Positions 16,646 to 26,113 of a stretch of 33,190 nucleotides of DNA are shown one piece after another. The stretch is from an uncultured Lachnospiraceae bacterium (lineage in GTDB: Bacteria; Bacillota; Clostridia; Lachnospirales; Lachnospiraceae), in assembly GCA_902797015.1 (NCBI GenBank), contig CADBRG010000216.1, positions 1-33,190 of the forward strand, in the 5' to 3' direction. The notes under the pieces are model-generated. The model saw only the letters and a program-made list of their open reading frames with translations, ran no database searches and was not told the DNA's origin. Numbering within the stretch: the stretch's first letter is position 1; each line of letters begins with the position of its first letter. Made by a program: the position numbers and the translations under genes.

Positions 16646-17772
16646 ATAATATGAAAATATATACGATCTGTTTTACACCGGGCGGAGAGAAAACGCTTGG
16701 GGAAATCATAGATAGCATTGGACGCTGGCCGCAGGAAGATGCATGGCGTGGCGAAGGTATCGATGTCTTTGCATATGCGCTGGGGAGCTATCGGGAGCGG
16801 ATGGTTGAGGCGGCAGGTGATGCACGAATTGAGTCGGTGCAGAGCAGGCTGACTGAGTGGATGGCGGAAGCGGTGCAGGACGCAGACGCATTTGTGTTTG
16901 TCGGCGCGGCAGGGATCGCGATCCGTGCAATCGCACCGTATGTTGCTGACAAGACAAAAGATCCGGCGCTGGTCGTAGTCGATGAAAAGGGACAGTTTGT
17001 AATCCCGCTTCTGTCAGGACATATCGGCGGTGCAAATGAACTGGCAGTGCGCATTGCGGCAGAGCTTGGGGCGCAGCCTGTTTTAACGACAGCGACAGAT
17101 GTGAGAGGGCTTTTTGCGGTAGATGTATTTGCGACAAAAAACGATCTCTGGATCAGCGATATGAAGCAGGCAAAGATGATCTCAGCGCGGCTCGTAAGAG
17201 GCGAGAAGGTTGGTTTATATAGTGGTCTGCCGCTGGATGGAGCGTTGCCGGCGGAGTTGGTGAAGACGGATTTTGCGATAGGGCAGGATTTTTCGGCAGA
17301 GCCGGTGGAGACGGCAGAGATCGGTATCGTGGTTTCGGCATATGAGAAACAGATTTTTGAAGAACAGCTGTTGTTGGTTCCGCGGTGTCTGACGGTCGGC
17401 ATCGGATGCAAAAGAGGAACGCTGAAGGAGAAGATTTTAACCGCAGTACAGGAAGTGTTTGCGAATGCAGGGTTGTCCTTGCAGGCGATTTGTCGGATTG
17501 CATCCATTGATCTGAAAAAAGACGAAGAAGGCCTGATCGCGGCGGCACAGGAATATGGAGTGCCGTTTGAAACGTTTTCTGCGGAAGCGTTGGCAGTGGT
17601 AGAAGGGAATTTTAGTGAATCTTCTTTTGTGAAAGGCGTGACTGGCGTAGACAATGTCTGCGAGCGCGCGGCAGTGCTGGCGTCAGGTGGCGAATTGATC
17701 GTCCGAAAGACGGCAAAAGATGGTGTGACGGTGGCTGTGGCGATGGAGCCGACGAAGATCATAATAGAATAA
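16642..17772 (+). CDS. cbiG: Cobalt-precorrin-5A hydrolase
   Basis: DKTKDPALVVVDE, LLSGHIGGANELA, TTATD, GIGCKRG, NVCERAA. Confidence 0.95.
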   Translation: MNNMKIYTICFTPGGEKTLGEIIDSIGRWPQEDAWRGEGIDVFAYALGSYRERMVEAAGDARIESVQSRLTEWMAEAVQDADAFVFVGAAGIAIRAIAPYVADKTKDPALVVVDEKGQFVIPLLSGHIGGANELAVRIAAELGAQPVLTTATDVRGLFAVDVFATKNDLWISDMKQAKMISARLVRGEKVGLYSGLPLDGALPAELVKTDFAIGQDFSAEPVETAEIGIVVSAYEKQIFEEQLLLVPRCLTVGIGCKRGTLKEKILTAVQEVFANAGLSLQAICRIASIDLKKDEEGLIAAAQEYGVPFETFSAEALAVVEGNFSESSFVKGVTGVDNVCERAAVLASGGELIVRKTAKDGVTVAVAMEPTKIIIE

Positions 17773-17817
17773 AAGTATACGAAAAAAAGACGCAAAATCG
17801 GACGAAAAAAAATACGT

Positions 17818-17846
17818 TTGATTTTGCGCCTGAAAACGTTTATAAT
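17818..17846 (+). promoter_or_regulatory. Internal sigma-A promoter for the inserted AlbA-domain gene
   Basis: TTGATT-17 bp-TATAAT, then RBS ggagg and ATG 17877. Confidence 0.65.
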
Positions 17847-17876
17847 GTGCATTAGATTATAAACGGAGGAACTTCG

Positions 17877-19127
17877 ATGAGAGAGTCTAAAAACCTTGAA
17901 TATAAAGCATCTGTGACAAATTCTTTTTTGAAAACAGTAAGCGCTTATGCCAATTATGGGACAGGCGAGATTCTGTTTGGTGTTGCTGATGACGGAAGTA
18001 TGACTGGCGTAGAAAATCCGAAAAAGACTTGTCTGGATATTGAAAATCGAATCAATGACAGTATAGATCCGATTCCGGAGTACACACTAAGTATCAATGA
18101 AAAAACATCCGTGATAACACTAAGGGTGATGGAAGGAATCCATAAGCCCTATCTATACAAAGCGAAAGCATATAGAAGAAATGATTCTTCAACGGTAGTT
18201 ACAGACCGGTTGGAATTATCGAGACTAATTCTGGAAGGACAGAATCTGTCTTATGAAGAGCTGCCTGCTTCTGATCAGAAATTGGAGTTCCAAATCCTGA
18301 AAAGGAAGCTGATGAATATGCTTAACATGGAATCCTTTTCTCTGGACACATTGAAAACACTGGAATTATATAATGACACGAATGGTTATAATATAGCTGG
18401 TGAACTACTCTCTGATCGTAACAAGTACTACGGAATTGATATTGTTCGATTTGGAGAAAGCATCAGTATCATTCTTGATCGGGAGACATTAGATTGCAGG
18501 TCATTGTTACTGCAATATGATCAGGCACTGGAGACATATCGCAAGTATTATCAATATGAGCAGATTAAAGGGAGTACAAGAGAAACATTTTTCTTGATAC
18601 CGGAAGAGGCTTTTCGTGAAGCGATTGCCAATGCATTGGTCCATAGAACATGGGATGTTGATGCGCATATCAATGTATCGATGTTTCCTGATAAAATTGA
18701 AATAACATCTCCGGGTGGCTTGCCTCAGGGAGTGACGAAGGATGACTTTATAAAGGGTGGAATATCTATTCTTAGAAATCGCATTATAGCAAGTGTCTTC
18801 TTCCGATTGCATCTGATTGAGAGATTTGGAACCGGTATACGGAGAATAAATGAATCATATCAGAAAAGTAAGGTGAAACCTTCTTTTGAAACAACTGAAA
18901 AAACAATAAGAATTACATTACCGGTTATGCAAATGAATCAGAACCTGTCTGCAGACGAAGATAAGGTATTTAGTCTTTTGAAAGGGAGAATGCTATCCAG
19001 TTCGGCGATTTCAGAGGGGACAGGATTTGGAAAATCTAAAACAGTAACAATCCTGAATAAATTAGTGAAAGATGGTTATATCCGAGTTTATGGTAATGGC
19101 AGGGGAACAAAATACTCTGCTGAATAA
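17877..19127 (+). CDS. AlbA_2 (Schlafen-like) + HATPase_c_4 (RecG C-terminal-like) + HTH protein
   Basis: ESKNLEYK...SAYAN.G.G.ILFGVADDG, REAIANALVHR, EITSPGGL, RNRIIA, IERFGTGI, C-terminal wHTH (GNGRGTKY). AT-richer than its neighbours. Confidence 0.88.
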   Translation: MRESKNLEYKASVTNSFLKTVSAYANYGTGEILFGVADDGSMTGVENPKKTCLDIENRINDSIDPIPEYTLSINEKTSVITLRVMEGIHKPYLYKAKAYRRNDSSTVVTDRLELSRLILEGQNLSYEELPASDQKLEFQILKRKLMNMLNMESFSLDTLKTLELYNDTNGYNIAGELLSDRNKYYGIDIVRFGESISIILDRETLDCRSLLLQYDQALETYRKYYQYEQIKGSTRETFFLIPEEAFREAIANALVHRTWDVDAHINVSMFPDKIEITSPGGLPQGVTKDDFIKGGISILRNRIIASVFFRLHLIERFGTGIRRINESYQKSKVKPSFETTEKTIRITLPVMQMNQNLSADEDKVFSLLKGRMLSSSAISEGTGFGKSKTVTILNKLVKDGYIRVYGNGRGTKYSAE

Positions 19128-19152
19128 TGGAAGAATAGACGAAAGGACTGTA

Positions 19153-21378
19153 ATGGCAGATATTTTTTTGTTTGCAGGGACAATTGAAGGAAAAGAATTG
19201 GCGGAAGCACTCTGTAAGGCCGGGATTAGCGTGCATGCGTTTACCGCGACCGAATATGGCGGAGCGCTGTTGGAAGCGGCCGGAGAGACGACAAATGAGA
19301 CTGCACAGGAGATGACGACTGGGGAAGCCGCAAAGGCAACAGCCGATAAATCAGGCTCGCTTTCCATCACAAGCGAGCGCCTTGATGAGGAGCAGATGCT
19401 TGCGCTGATGCGGAAAGAAATGCCGCGGCTTGTGATCGACGCGACACACCCATATGCAGTTGTGGTGTCTGATAATATCAGGCAGGCTGCAAATGAGGCA
19501 GGCATTGCTTTGATTCGGCTGCAGAGAAAAGAAAGCGATCAGGGAGCCGGCCTGAATAAAAATGTTGTTCATGTTGCATCACAGGAAGAGGCAGTTGCTT
19601 TTCTGGCGAATACAGAAGGAAATGTGCTTCTGACCTGCGGCAGTAAGGAATTGCCTGCATTTACAAAGTTGGTCGGCTATGAAGAACGCTTATTTGCACG
19701 TGTGCTGTCGACGGAAAATGTAGTGCGCGAATGTGCGGAACTTGGATTTTCGGGGAAGCACCTGATTGCGATGCAGGGACCATTTTCACTGGAAATGAAC
19801 CGGGCGCTGATTCAGCACATTGATGCCGCATGGCTTGTGACAAAGGAGTCCGGCGTGCAGGGCGGTTTCCCGGAGAAGGCACAGGCGGCGGCCAAGGAAG
19901 GGATTGGTCTGATCATTATTGACCGACCTGAAAGTGCGCAAGTGATGGACGGAAAAGACATCGGGAAGACAAAGGAATATTTAAAAAATATCACGCCAGC
20001 GGGATATTTTGAAAAATATATGGTATGTGACAGTGTCTCATCCTGCTTAAAAGAGGTCTATCGTATTTTTGAGACCGAACCGAAAAAGAAGTTTACACTG
20101 CTTGGCATCGGGCCGGGCAGTGCAGGCGGGCTGACGATAGAAGGCAAGCAGGCGTTGGAAGAGGCGGATGTTGTCTTTGGCGCGACACGCATGCTGGAGA
20201 TTTTAGATAAGATCGGAGTGAAAAAACCGACATTTAAATCCTGGAAGCCGGATGAGATGAAGCAGTTTGCAGATGAGAATCCGCAGTATCAGCATGTGGT
20301 CGTGGCGCTTTCCGGGGACACCGGTTTTTACAGTGGCGCGGCAAAGCTTCTGGAGGTCTGGAAGGATGAGGATGTCGTTGTGCTGCCCGGGCTTTCGACA
20401 TTACAGGTGCTTTGTGCAAAGGCAAAAACTGACTGGCAGCATGTATACTGCATCAGCAGGCACGGGCGGGCAGGCAACCTGCTTTCGGCACTGCGGACGC
20501 AGGAAGCGCTTTTCCTGCTGCCGGGAGAAACGCTGCCGGAGCTTTGCGAAAAGCTGATTGACGGTGGTTATTCAAGAGTGATACTGGCGGTCGGCAGCAA
20601 GCTTTCTTATGAGGATGAGAAAGTGCTTGTCGGAACGCCGGATGAATTGAAAGGGGAAACCTGTGACGCGCCGTATGCGGTGTTGATCCAAAATCCTGTG
20701 GGACAGAATGCGGTTGTGACACCGGGCATTCCGGATGCGGATTTCCTGCGTGTGATGGGCGGAAAGGCCCGGAACAAAACTGAGGCAGATCAGCCCGGAA
20801 CCGGAGAAACACAAGCGAAGCCAAAGCGTACCGTTCCGATGACGAAGGAAGAGATTCGCACGGTTTCACTTGCAAAGTTGCGTCTGAGTAAAAATGCGGT
20901 TGTTTATGATATTGGCGCGGGCACGGGATCTGTTTCTGTCGAAGCGGCACGGATGGCTTATGCCGGTACGGTTTACGCAATCGAGCAGAACCCTACAGCG
21001 GTGGCGCTTTTGCATGAAAACAAGAAAAAATTTGCGCTTGATAACATGGAGATCATTGAAGGCCTTGCGCCTGAGGCGATGATGGATCTGCCTGTGCCGA
21101 CGCATGCGTTTATCGGCGGCAGCAAGGGTAATCTGAAGGCCATTGTTGAGATGCTTCTTGAAAAAAATCCGAACGTACGCATCGTGATCAATACGGTAAC
21201 GGTTGAGACGGAGATGGAGGCACGGGAGCTTCTGGAAGCGCTGGAGGAGAAAACGGCAGGATTCCAGTCAGAGGTGATCCGTCTGTCCGTGACACGTGAG
21301 GATCGGGTTGGCCGGTATCACATGCAGCGCGCAGAAAACCCGATCGTGATCGTTTCGTTTGGAGGAGAGCATGAGTAA
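19153..21378 (+). CDS. cbiJ-cbiET: Fused precorrin-6A reductase (CbiJ/CobK) and cobalt-precorrin-7/6B methyltransferases (CbiE-CbiT)
   Basis: LFAGTIEG, IDATHPYA, AMQGPFS, VTKESG (CbiJ); LGIGPG, SGDTGFYS (CbiE); PMTKEEIR, YDIGAGTGSVS, FIGGS (CbiT). ATG 19153 follows RBS aagga. Confidence 0.92.
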   Translation: MADIFLFAGTIEGKELAEALCKAGISVHAFTATEYGGALLEAAGETTNETAQEMTTGEAAKATADKSGSLSITSERLDEEQMLALMRKEMPRLVIDATHPYAVVVSDNIRQAANEAGIALIRLQRKESDQGAGLNKNVVHVASQEEAVAFLANTEGNVLLTCGSKELPAFTKLVGYEERLFARVLSTENVVRECAELGFSGKHLIAMQGPFSLEMNRALIQHIDAAWLVTKESGVQGGFPEKAQAAAKEGIGLIIIDRPESAQVMDGKDIGKTKEYLKNITPAGYFEKYMVCDSVSSCLKEVYRIFETEPKKKFTLLGIGPGSAGGLTIEGKQALEEADVVFGATRMLEILDKIGVKKPTFKSWKPDEMKQFADENPQYQHVVVALSGDTGFYSGAAKLLEVWKDEDVVVLPGLSTLQVLCAKAKTDWQHVYCISRHGRAGNLLSALRTQEALFLLPGETLPELCEKLIDGGYSRVILAVGSKLSYEDEKVLVGTPDELKGETCDAPYAVLIQNPVGQNAVVTPGIPDADFLRVMGGKARNKTEADQPGTGETQAKPKRTVPMTKEEIRTVSLAKLRLSKNAVVYDIGAGTGSVSVEAARMAYAGTVYAIEQNPTAVALLHENKKKFALDNMEIIEGLAPEAMMDLPVPTHAFIGGSKGNLKAIVEMLLEKNPNVRIVINTVTVETEMEARELLEALEEKTAGFQSEVIRLSVTREDRVGRYHMQRAENPIVIVSFGGEHE

Positions 21379-22777
21379 CATTCCACGTATTTTACTTGCG
21401 GCACCGGCTTCCGGAAGCGGTAAGACCGTGATCACGTGTGCACTGCTTCGGGCTTTTCAGAAGGAAGGCCTGAAAATGGCATCGTTTAAATGCGGGCCGG
21501 ACTATATTGATCCGCTGTTTCATGAGCAGGTCTTTGAGATTGAGACGCGCAACCTGGATCCGTTTTTTTCGGATGAAGAAGAGCTTTGCAGGATCGTCCG
21601 AAAAGGCGCAAAAGGAAAAGATCTGTCCATCATAGAAGGCGTCATGGGATATTATGACGGACTTGGCGGCGTGTCGACAGAAGCGTCGGCTTATGATGTT
21701 GCCAGAAAGACGAAGTCGCCGGTCGTTCTGATCATCAATGCGAAAGGGGCGAGCGTGTCGCTCGCAGCGCAGATCCGGGGATTCCTGGAGTTTCGCAAGG
21801 ATCATCAGATTTGCGGTGTGATCTTAAATCGTACGACAAAAGGAATGTTTCCGCTTTTAAAAACGTTTCTGGAAGATGAGCTGGGCATTCAGATATTTGG
21901 TTATTTTCCGGTGATGGAAGAGGCGCAGTTTGAGAGCAGGCATCTGGGACTTTTGCTGCCGGATGAGGTGCAGGATATCAGCGCGCGTCTGGATGCGCTG
22001 GCGGATGTGTGCCGCGAGACGGTGGATCTGAAGGCGATGCAGGAAGCGGCAAATCGGGCAGAAGAATTATCGGTGGCAGAAGGTGCCATATCGGAAGCTG
22101 TGCAGACGGCAGAAGTCGGCACATCGGGAGCGGCGGCAGAGCAAACCCGCATTCGGATTGGCGTGGCGCGGGATGAAGCGTTTTGTTTTTACTATCATGA
22201 AAACCTGGATCTTCTGGAGAATCTGGGGGCGGAAATCGTGCAGTTTTCACCGATTCACGATGCATCGCTTCCTGAGAATATCCAGGGGCTGTTGATCGGC
22301 GGCGGATATCCGGAGCTGTATGCGAAACAGTTGTCTGAGAATGCGTCCATGCGAAATGCGATCAGGGATGCAGTGGCTTGCGGAATGCCGACGTTGGCGG
22401 AGTGCGGCGGGTTTATGTATCTGATGCGCCAGATGGAAGACATGGAAGGGAATTCCTATGAAATGTGTGGTGCGCTGTCCGGAAAGGCATGGCGGACAAC
22501 GCGTTTGCAGCGGTTTGGATATGTGACGCTGACGGCACAGGACGGCTCGATGGCCGGCCCTGCGGGAGAGCAGATCCGTGCGCATGAGTTCCACTATTTT
22601 GATACAGATTTGAATGGCGAGGTTTTCCGGGCGAAGAAGCCGACCGGGAAGCGGGAATGGGACTGCATGATCGGAACGGAGACAATACTGGCGGGATTTC
22701 CGCATTTGTATTATCCGTCCAATCCGCAGGTGGCGAAGCGTTTCTTAGAGCGCGCAGCTGCGTTTCACCCAGTGTAG
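21371..22777 (+). CDS. cbiA: Cobyrinate a,c-diamide synthase
   Basis: SGSGKT, FKCGPDYIDP, EGVMGYYDG, SRHLGL, GGGYPE, AECGG, HEFHY. Confidence 0.96.
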   Translation: MSNIPRILLAAPASGSGKTVITCALLRAFQKEGLKMASFKCGPDYIDPLFHEQVFEIETRNLDPFFSDEEELCRIVRKGAKGKDLSIIEGVMGYYDGLGGVSTEASAYDVARKTKSPVVLIINAKGASVSLAAQIRGFLEFRKDHQICGVILNRTTKGMFPLLKTFLEDELGIQIFGYFPVMEEAQFESRHLGLLLPDEVQDISARLDALADVCRETVDLKAMQEAANRAEELSVAEGAISEAVQTAEVGTSGAAAEQTRIRIGVARDEAFCFYYHENLDLLENLGAEIVQFSPIHDASLPENIQGLLIGGGYPELYAKQLSENASMRNAIRDAVACGMPTLAECGGFMYLMRQMEDMEGNSYEMCGALSGKAWRTTRLQRFGYVTLTAQDGSMAGPAGEQIRAHEFHYFDTDLNGEVFRAKKPTGKREWDCMIGTETILAGFPHLYYPSNPQVAKRFLERAAAFHPV

Positions 22778-22850
22778 GGGATTTGATAATGACGGTTTTT
22801 TTCATGGCCGGATTGGCAGGGAAAAGCCATAACAGAAGGGAAATGACAGA

Positions 22851-23444
22851 ATGATCATTCTTGTAATTGGCGGCAGCGCCAGCGGGAAATCAGAATATGC
22901 GGAGAGCCGCATGATGGAATGGGACAACCGTGTGTATTTTGCGACGATGCTTCCCTATGGCAGGGAGAGTGAACGCACGATTTTAAGACATCAGTTGCTC
23001 CGAAAGGGAAAGGGCTTTCAGACGATTGAGTGCGGCGCCGGTTTTACACAGATCGAGATTGATCCGGAGCAGGCGATTTTGCTTGAGGATCTGCCAAACC
23101 TCGTGGCTAATGAGCTTTATGCGAAGGAGAATGGCCTGACAGACGATTGGACTGATGACCTGGACAACCCGGATCTTTGGATCGATGACAGCGTACTGGA
23201 AATGCAGACGGTAGATCTGGCGGAGGAAGTGCCGCCGGAGGAACGGATCCAGCAGGATCTGGAGCATATCATGAAAGCAAAGCATCTGGTGATCGTAACC
23301 GGAGATGTTTTTGCAGACGGTATTGATTACGATCCGGAGACGGAAAAATACCGGGAGCTTTTGGCGCGGACCAATCAGTGGGTGGCGCGTTATGCGGATG
23401 AGGTCGTTGAGGTGATCCACGGGATTCCGGTTCGGAGAAAATAG
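22851..23444 (+). CDS. cobU: Adenosylcobinamide kinase/guanylyltransferase family protein (CobU-like, copy 1)
   Basis: GGSASGKSEYAE, YFATM, RH...RKGKGFQTIE, NLVANE. Confidence 0.8.
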   Translation: MIILVIGGSASGKSEYAESRMMEWDNRVYFATMLPYGRESERTILRHQLLRKGKGFQTIECGAGFTQIEIDPEQAILLEDLPNLVANELYAKENGLTDDWTDDLDNPDLWIDDSVLEMQTVDLAEEVPPEERIQQDLEHIMKAKHLVIVTGDVFADGIDYDPETEKYRELLARTNQWVARYADEVVEVIHGIPVRRK

Positions 23445-23457
23445 AGAAAGTAAGTTT

Positions 23458-24258
23458 ATGTCAGAGGTAACGAATCAAAATAATAAAAAGTCAAGAACAT
23501 TTGGCAATAGTTTCCGGATTGCGTTTTTGATGTATTCACGGATCCCGATGCCGATGGCGGACTGGGAAGCAGCAAACATGCGCTATGTGATGTGCTTTTT
23601 CCCGCTGGTCGGCGCAGCGATCGGTGCAGTCGTATTTGGCGTCAGCAAGCTGTGTGCATGGCTGTCGGTACCGTCGCTTTTGGCGGCGATCGTCCTGATC
23701 TTTTTGCCGATCCTGATCAGCGGAGGGATTCATCTGGACGGCTTCATGGATGTCTGTGATGCAGTCGGTTCGAGACAGGAGCCCGTACGGAAATTAGAGA
23801 TCATGAAGGATTCGCACGTCGGATCGTTTGCGGTGCTTGGACTGTTTGTACTTCTTTTACTGAACCTTGGGTGCTGGTATCAGATTCCTGTGGAGTGCCT
23901 GCAGGTTCTGGGTATCGGATTTGTGATGTCACGCGCGATGTCAGGATTCTTAGTCGTGCGGGAAAAAGCAGCCAGAAAAGACGGACTGAATGCGATGTTC
24001 TCCGGAGCGGCTGAGAAGAACCTGACAAAAGTGGTTTTGTGCATTTATATGGTTGTATGCGTCGTCTTTATGCTGATTGCAAACATCCCGGCGGGGATTG
24101 CGGCATGTGTGGCGGCGTTTGGGTGCCTGATCGCGGTGCCGATCATGGCGAAGCGTCAGTTTGGCGGCTGGACAGGCGATGTGGCAGGCTATTTTCTGCA
24201 GGTGTGTGAAGTTGCGATGGCGATCGCGGCAGTGGTTGTGTGGAATGTTGCGGCTTAA
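23458..24258 (+). CDS. cobS: Adenosylcobinamide-GDP ribazoletransferase (cobalamin synthase)
   Basis: GGIHLDGFMD, IMKDSHVG, FGGWTGDVAG; multi-TM. Confidence 0.95.
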   Translation: MSEVTNQNNKKSRTFGNSFRIAFLMYSRIPMPMADWEAANMRYVMCFFPLVGAAIGAVVFGVSKLCAWLSVPSLLAAIVLIFLPILISGGIHLDGFMDVCDAVGSRQEPVRKLEIMKDSHVGSFAVLGLFVLLLLNLGCWYQIPVECLQVLGIGFVMSRAMSGFLVVREKAARKDGLNAMFSGAAEKNLTKVVLCIYMVVCVVFMLIANIPAGIAACVAAFGCLIAVPIMAKRQFGGWTGDVAGYFLQVCEVAMAIAAVVVWNVAA

Positions 24259-24446
24259 AGCGTCTCATCGAACTTTTCGGATGCGCAGCTGATGCTGTTA
24301 GGATAATTAGATTTCCCGAAAATGCTGGAAGCAGATAAAACAGGAGAAAATGCTCGATTTATCTGCCATGAGTGGTTTTTAAAGATTTCAGCGGCAAATA
24401 AGATTGTCGAATAGGACAGAGTATAGATAAGAACTGGAGGATCAAT

Positions 24447-25082
24447 ATGATTTTAATTACAGGCGGTGCCTGGCAGGGGAAACGGGAATATGCATATGGG
24501 CTGATGGACACGGACAGCGATAAGAAGCTGATCATCGAGGGCGGTCGCTGCAGTCTGGATGATATGAAGCGGGTGCAGATCGTGGATCAGCTGCATCTGT
24601 GGATCAAGCGGAAAATGGAGGAGCTTTTGCCACAGCTTAGCGGCGGTTCTGTTGGCGGCATGGGCAGTACAACTGACGGTGGCTGGGATGAGCGGGTCTT
24701 TGACCAGCAGGAAATGCTTCTGGCACAGGAAAAGATCTGGCAGGAGCTTAAGGAAGTCATGGCGGAGAATCCGGATGTGATCTTCATCGTCAATGAGCTT
24801 GGCTGTGGGGTGATTCCGATGGACGTGTTTGACAGACGCTATCGTGAGATTGTTGGACGCACCTGCTGTGATCTGGCGAAGGAAGCGAAGGAAGTATATC
24901 GCGTGGTCTGTGGCGTCGGGACATTGATCAAAAAGCCGGAAGACAGCGCGAATGAGGAAAATAATCAGACATCTGATGCAGATCAGGCGGCAGATGGAGG
25001 AGAATCGGCAGAAGCATCTCCTGCTGACGGTGACGGTCAGGATGTACAGGATAATCCGGAAAACACATCGGAGGAGAAGTAA
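24447..25082 (+). CDS. CobU-like protein, copy 2, with acidic C-terminal tail
   Basis: ITGGAWQGK, NELGCGVIPMD...RRYREIVGR, RVVCG. Confidence 0.8.
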   Translation: MILITGGAWQGKREYAYGLMDTDSDKKLIIEGGRCSLDDMKRVQIVDQLHLWIKRKMEELLPQLSGGSVGGMGSTTDGGWDERVFDQQEMLLAQEKIWQELKEVMAENPDVIFIVNELGCGVIPMDVFDRRYREIVGRTCCDLAKEAKEVYRVVCGVGTLIKKPEDSANEENNQTSDADQAADGGESAEASPADGDGQDVQDNPENTSEEK

Positions 25083-25085
25083 GCA

Positions 25086-26051
25086 ATGGCAGCAGTGATA
25101 GTGATCTGGATAGGGTTTTTGCTGGACCTGATCCTGGGAGACCCGCCAAAGCTTTATCATCCGGTGCGTTGGATTGGGAAGGAGATCAGCTTCTTAGAGA
25201 AGCGGTTGCTGAAGCGACCGGGCGAAAACAAACACCGCGAACGCCGGAATGGCGCGGTTATGGCCGTGATCGTGATGGCGACAGCGTTCGTTGTGTCGGC
25301 ACTGATCTTATGGATCTGTTACCGCGTGCACCCGATTTTGGGTGCAGCGGTAGAGGGCTGGCTTTGCTACCGGATGCTGGCAGCGAGATGTCTGCGGGAT
25401 GAAAGCATGCCGGTCTACAGGGCACTGAAAAAGCATGATCTTCCGGCGGCAAGGCATGCGGTTTCGCGGATTGTTGGCAGAGATACCGAGACACTCGATG
25501 AGGAAGGCGTTGCAAAGGCTACGGTTGAGACCATTGCGGAAAACGCTTCCGACGGGGCGGTTGCACCGCTGTTTTACATGATGCTTTTTGGTGCGGTCGG
25601 TGGCTTTGTTTATAAGGCAGTCAACACTATGGATTCGATGGTAGGCTATAAAAATGACAGGTATCAGTACTTTGGTACTGTAGCCGCAAGGATTGATGAC
25701 GTGCTGAATTTTATCCCGGCAAGAATCTGTGCGGTGCTGATCATCTGGTGCAGCTGGGGAAGAAAGTTTGACCGGAAGCTGGCGGCAAAGGTCTGGAAGC
25801 GCGACAGAAGAAAACACAAAAGTCCGAATTCCGCGCAGAGCGAAGCGGCGATGGCAGGCGCACTCGGCGTGGAGCTTGCAGGGGATGCAAGCTATTTTGG
25901 AAAGATTGTAAAAAAAGATACGATCGGTGATCGGACACGCGCAATCGAACCGGAGGACATCATTCGTGCCAACAGGATGCTTTACCGGGTTGTCTGGGTG
26001 ATGATGATTTTGTTTACCGTAATCAAGGGTGTGATCGGACTGGTGGCTTAA
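25086..26051 (+). CDS. cbiB: Adenosylcobinamide-phosphate synthase
   Basis: GDP...HPV, IVGRDT, ETIAENASDG, YKAVNTMDSMVGY, SPNSA. Confidence 0.96.
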   Translation: MAAVIVIWIGFLLDLILGDPPKLYHPVRWIGKEISFLEKRLLKRPGENKHRERRNGAVMAVIVMATAFVVSALILWICYRVHPILGAAVEGWLCYRMLAARCLRDESMPVYRALKKHDLPAARHAVSRIVGRDTETLDEEGVAKATVETIAENASDGAVAPLFYMMLFGAVGGFVYKAVNTMDSMVGYKNDRYQYFGTVAARIDDVLNFIPARICAVLIIWCSWGRKFDRKLAAKVWKRDRRKHKSPNSAQSEAAMAGALGVELAGDASYFGKIVKKDTIGDRTRAIEPEDIIRANRMLYRVVWVMMILFTVIKGVIGLVA

Positions 26052-26113
26052 TGTGATGCATTGGCAGTGACTATAAATAAGTTCATCTTAAGTACCGGAA
26101 AGGATGGAAAGAA

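Noticed and set aside
16788-17852. Long antisense ORFs (354 aa here; also 14376-15206, 24453-25160, 26845-27510)
   Set aside because: They are shadows of well-supported plus-strand genes, with no motifs or RBS.
24259-24446. Riboswitch or ncRNA in the cobS-cobU2 gap
   Set aside because: No B12-box or convincing conserved stems are visible by eye; an Infernal scan would be needed.
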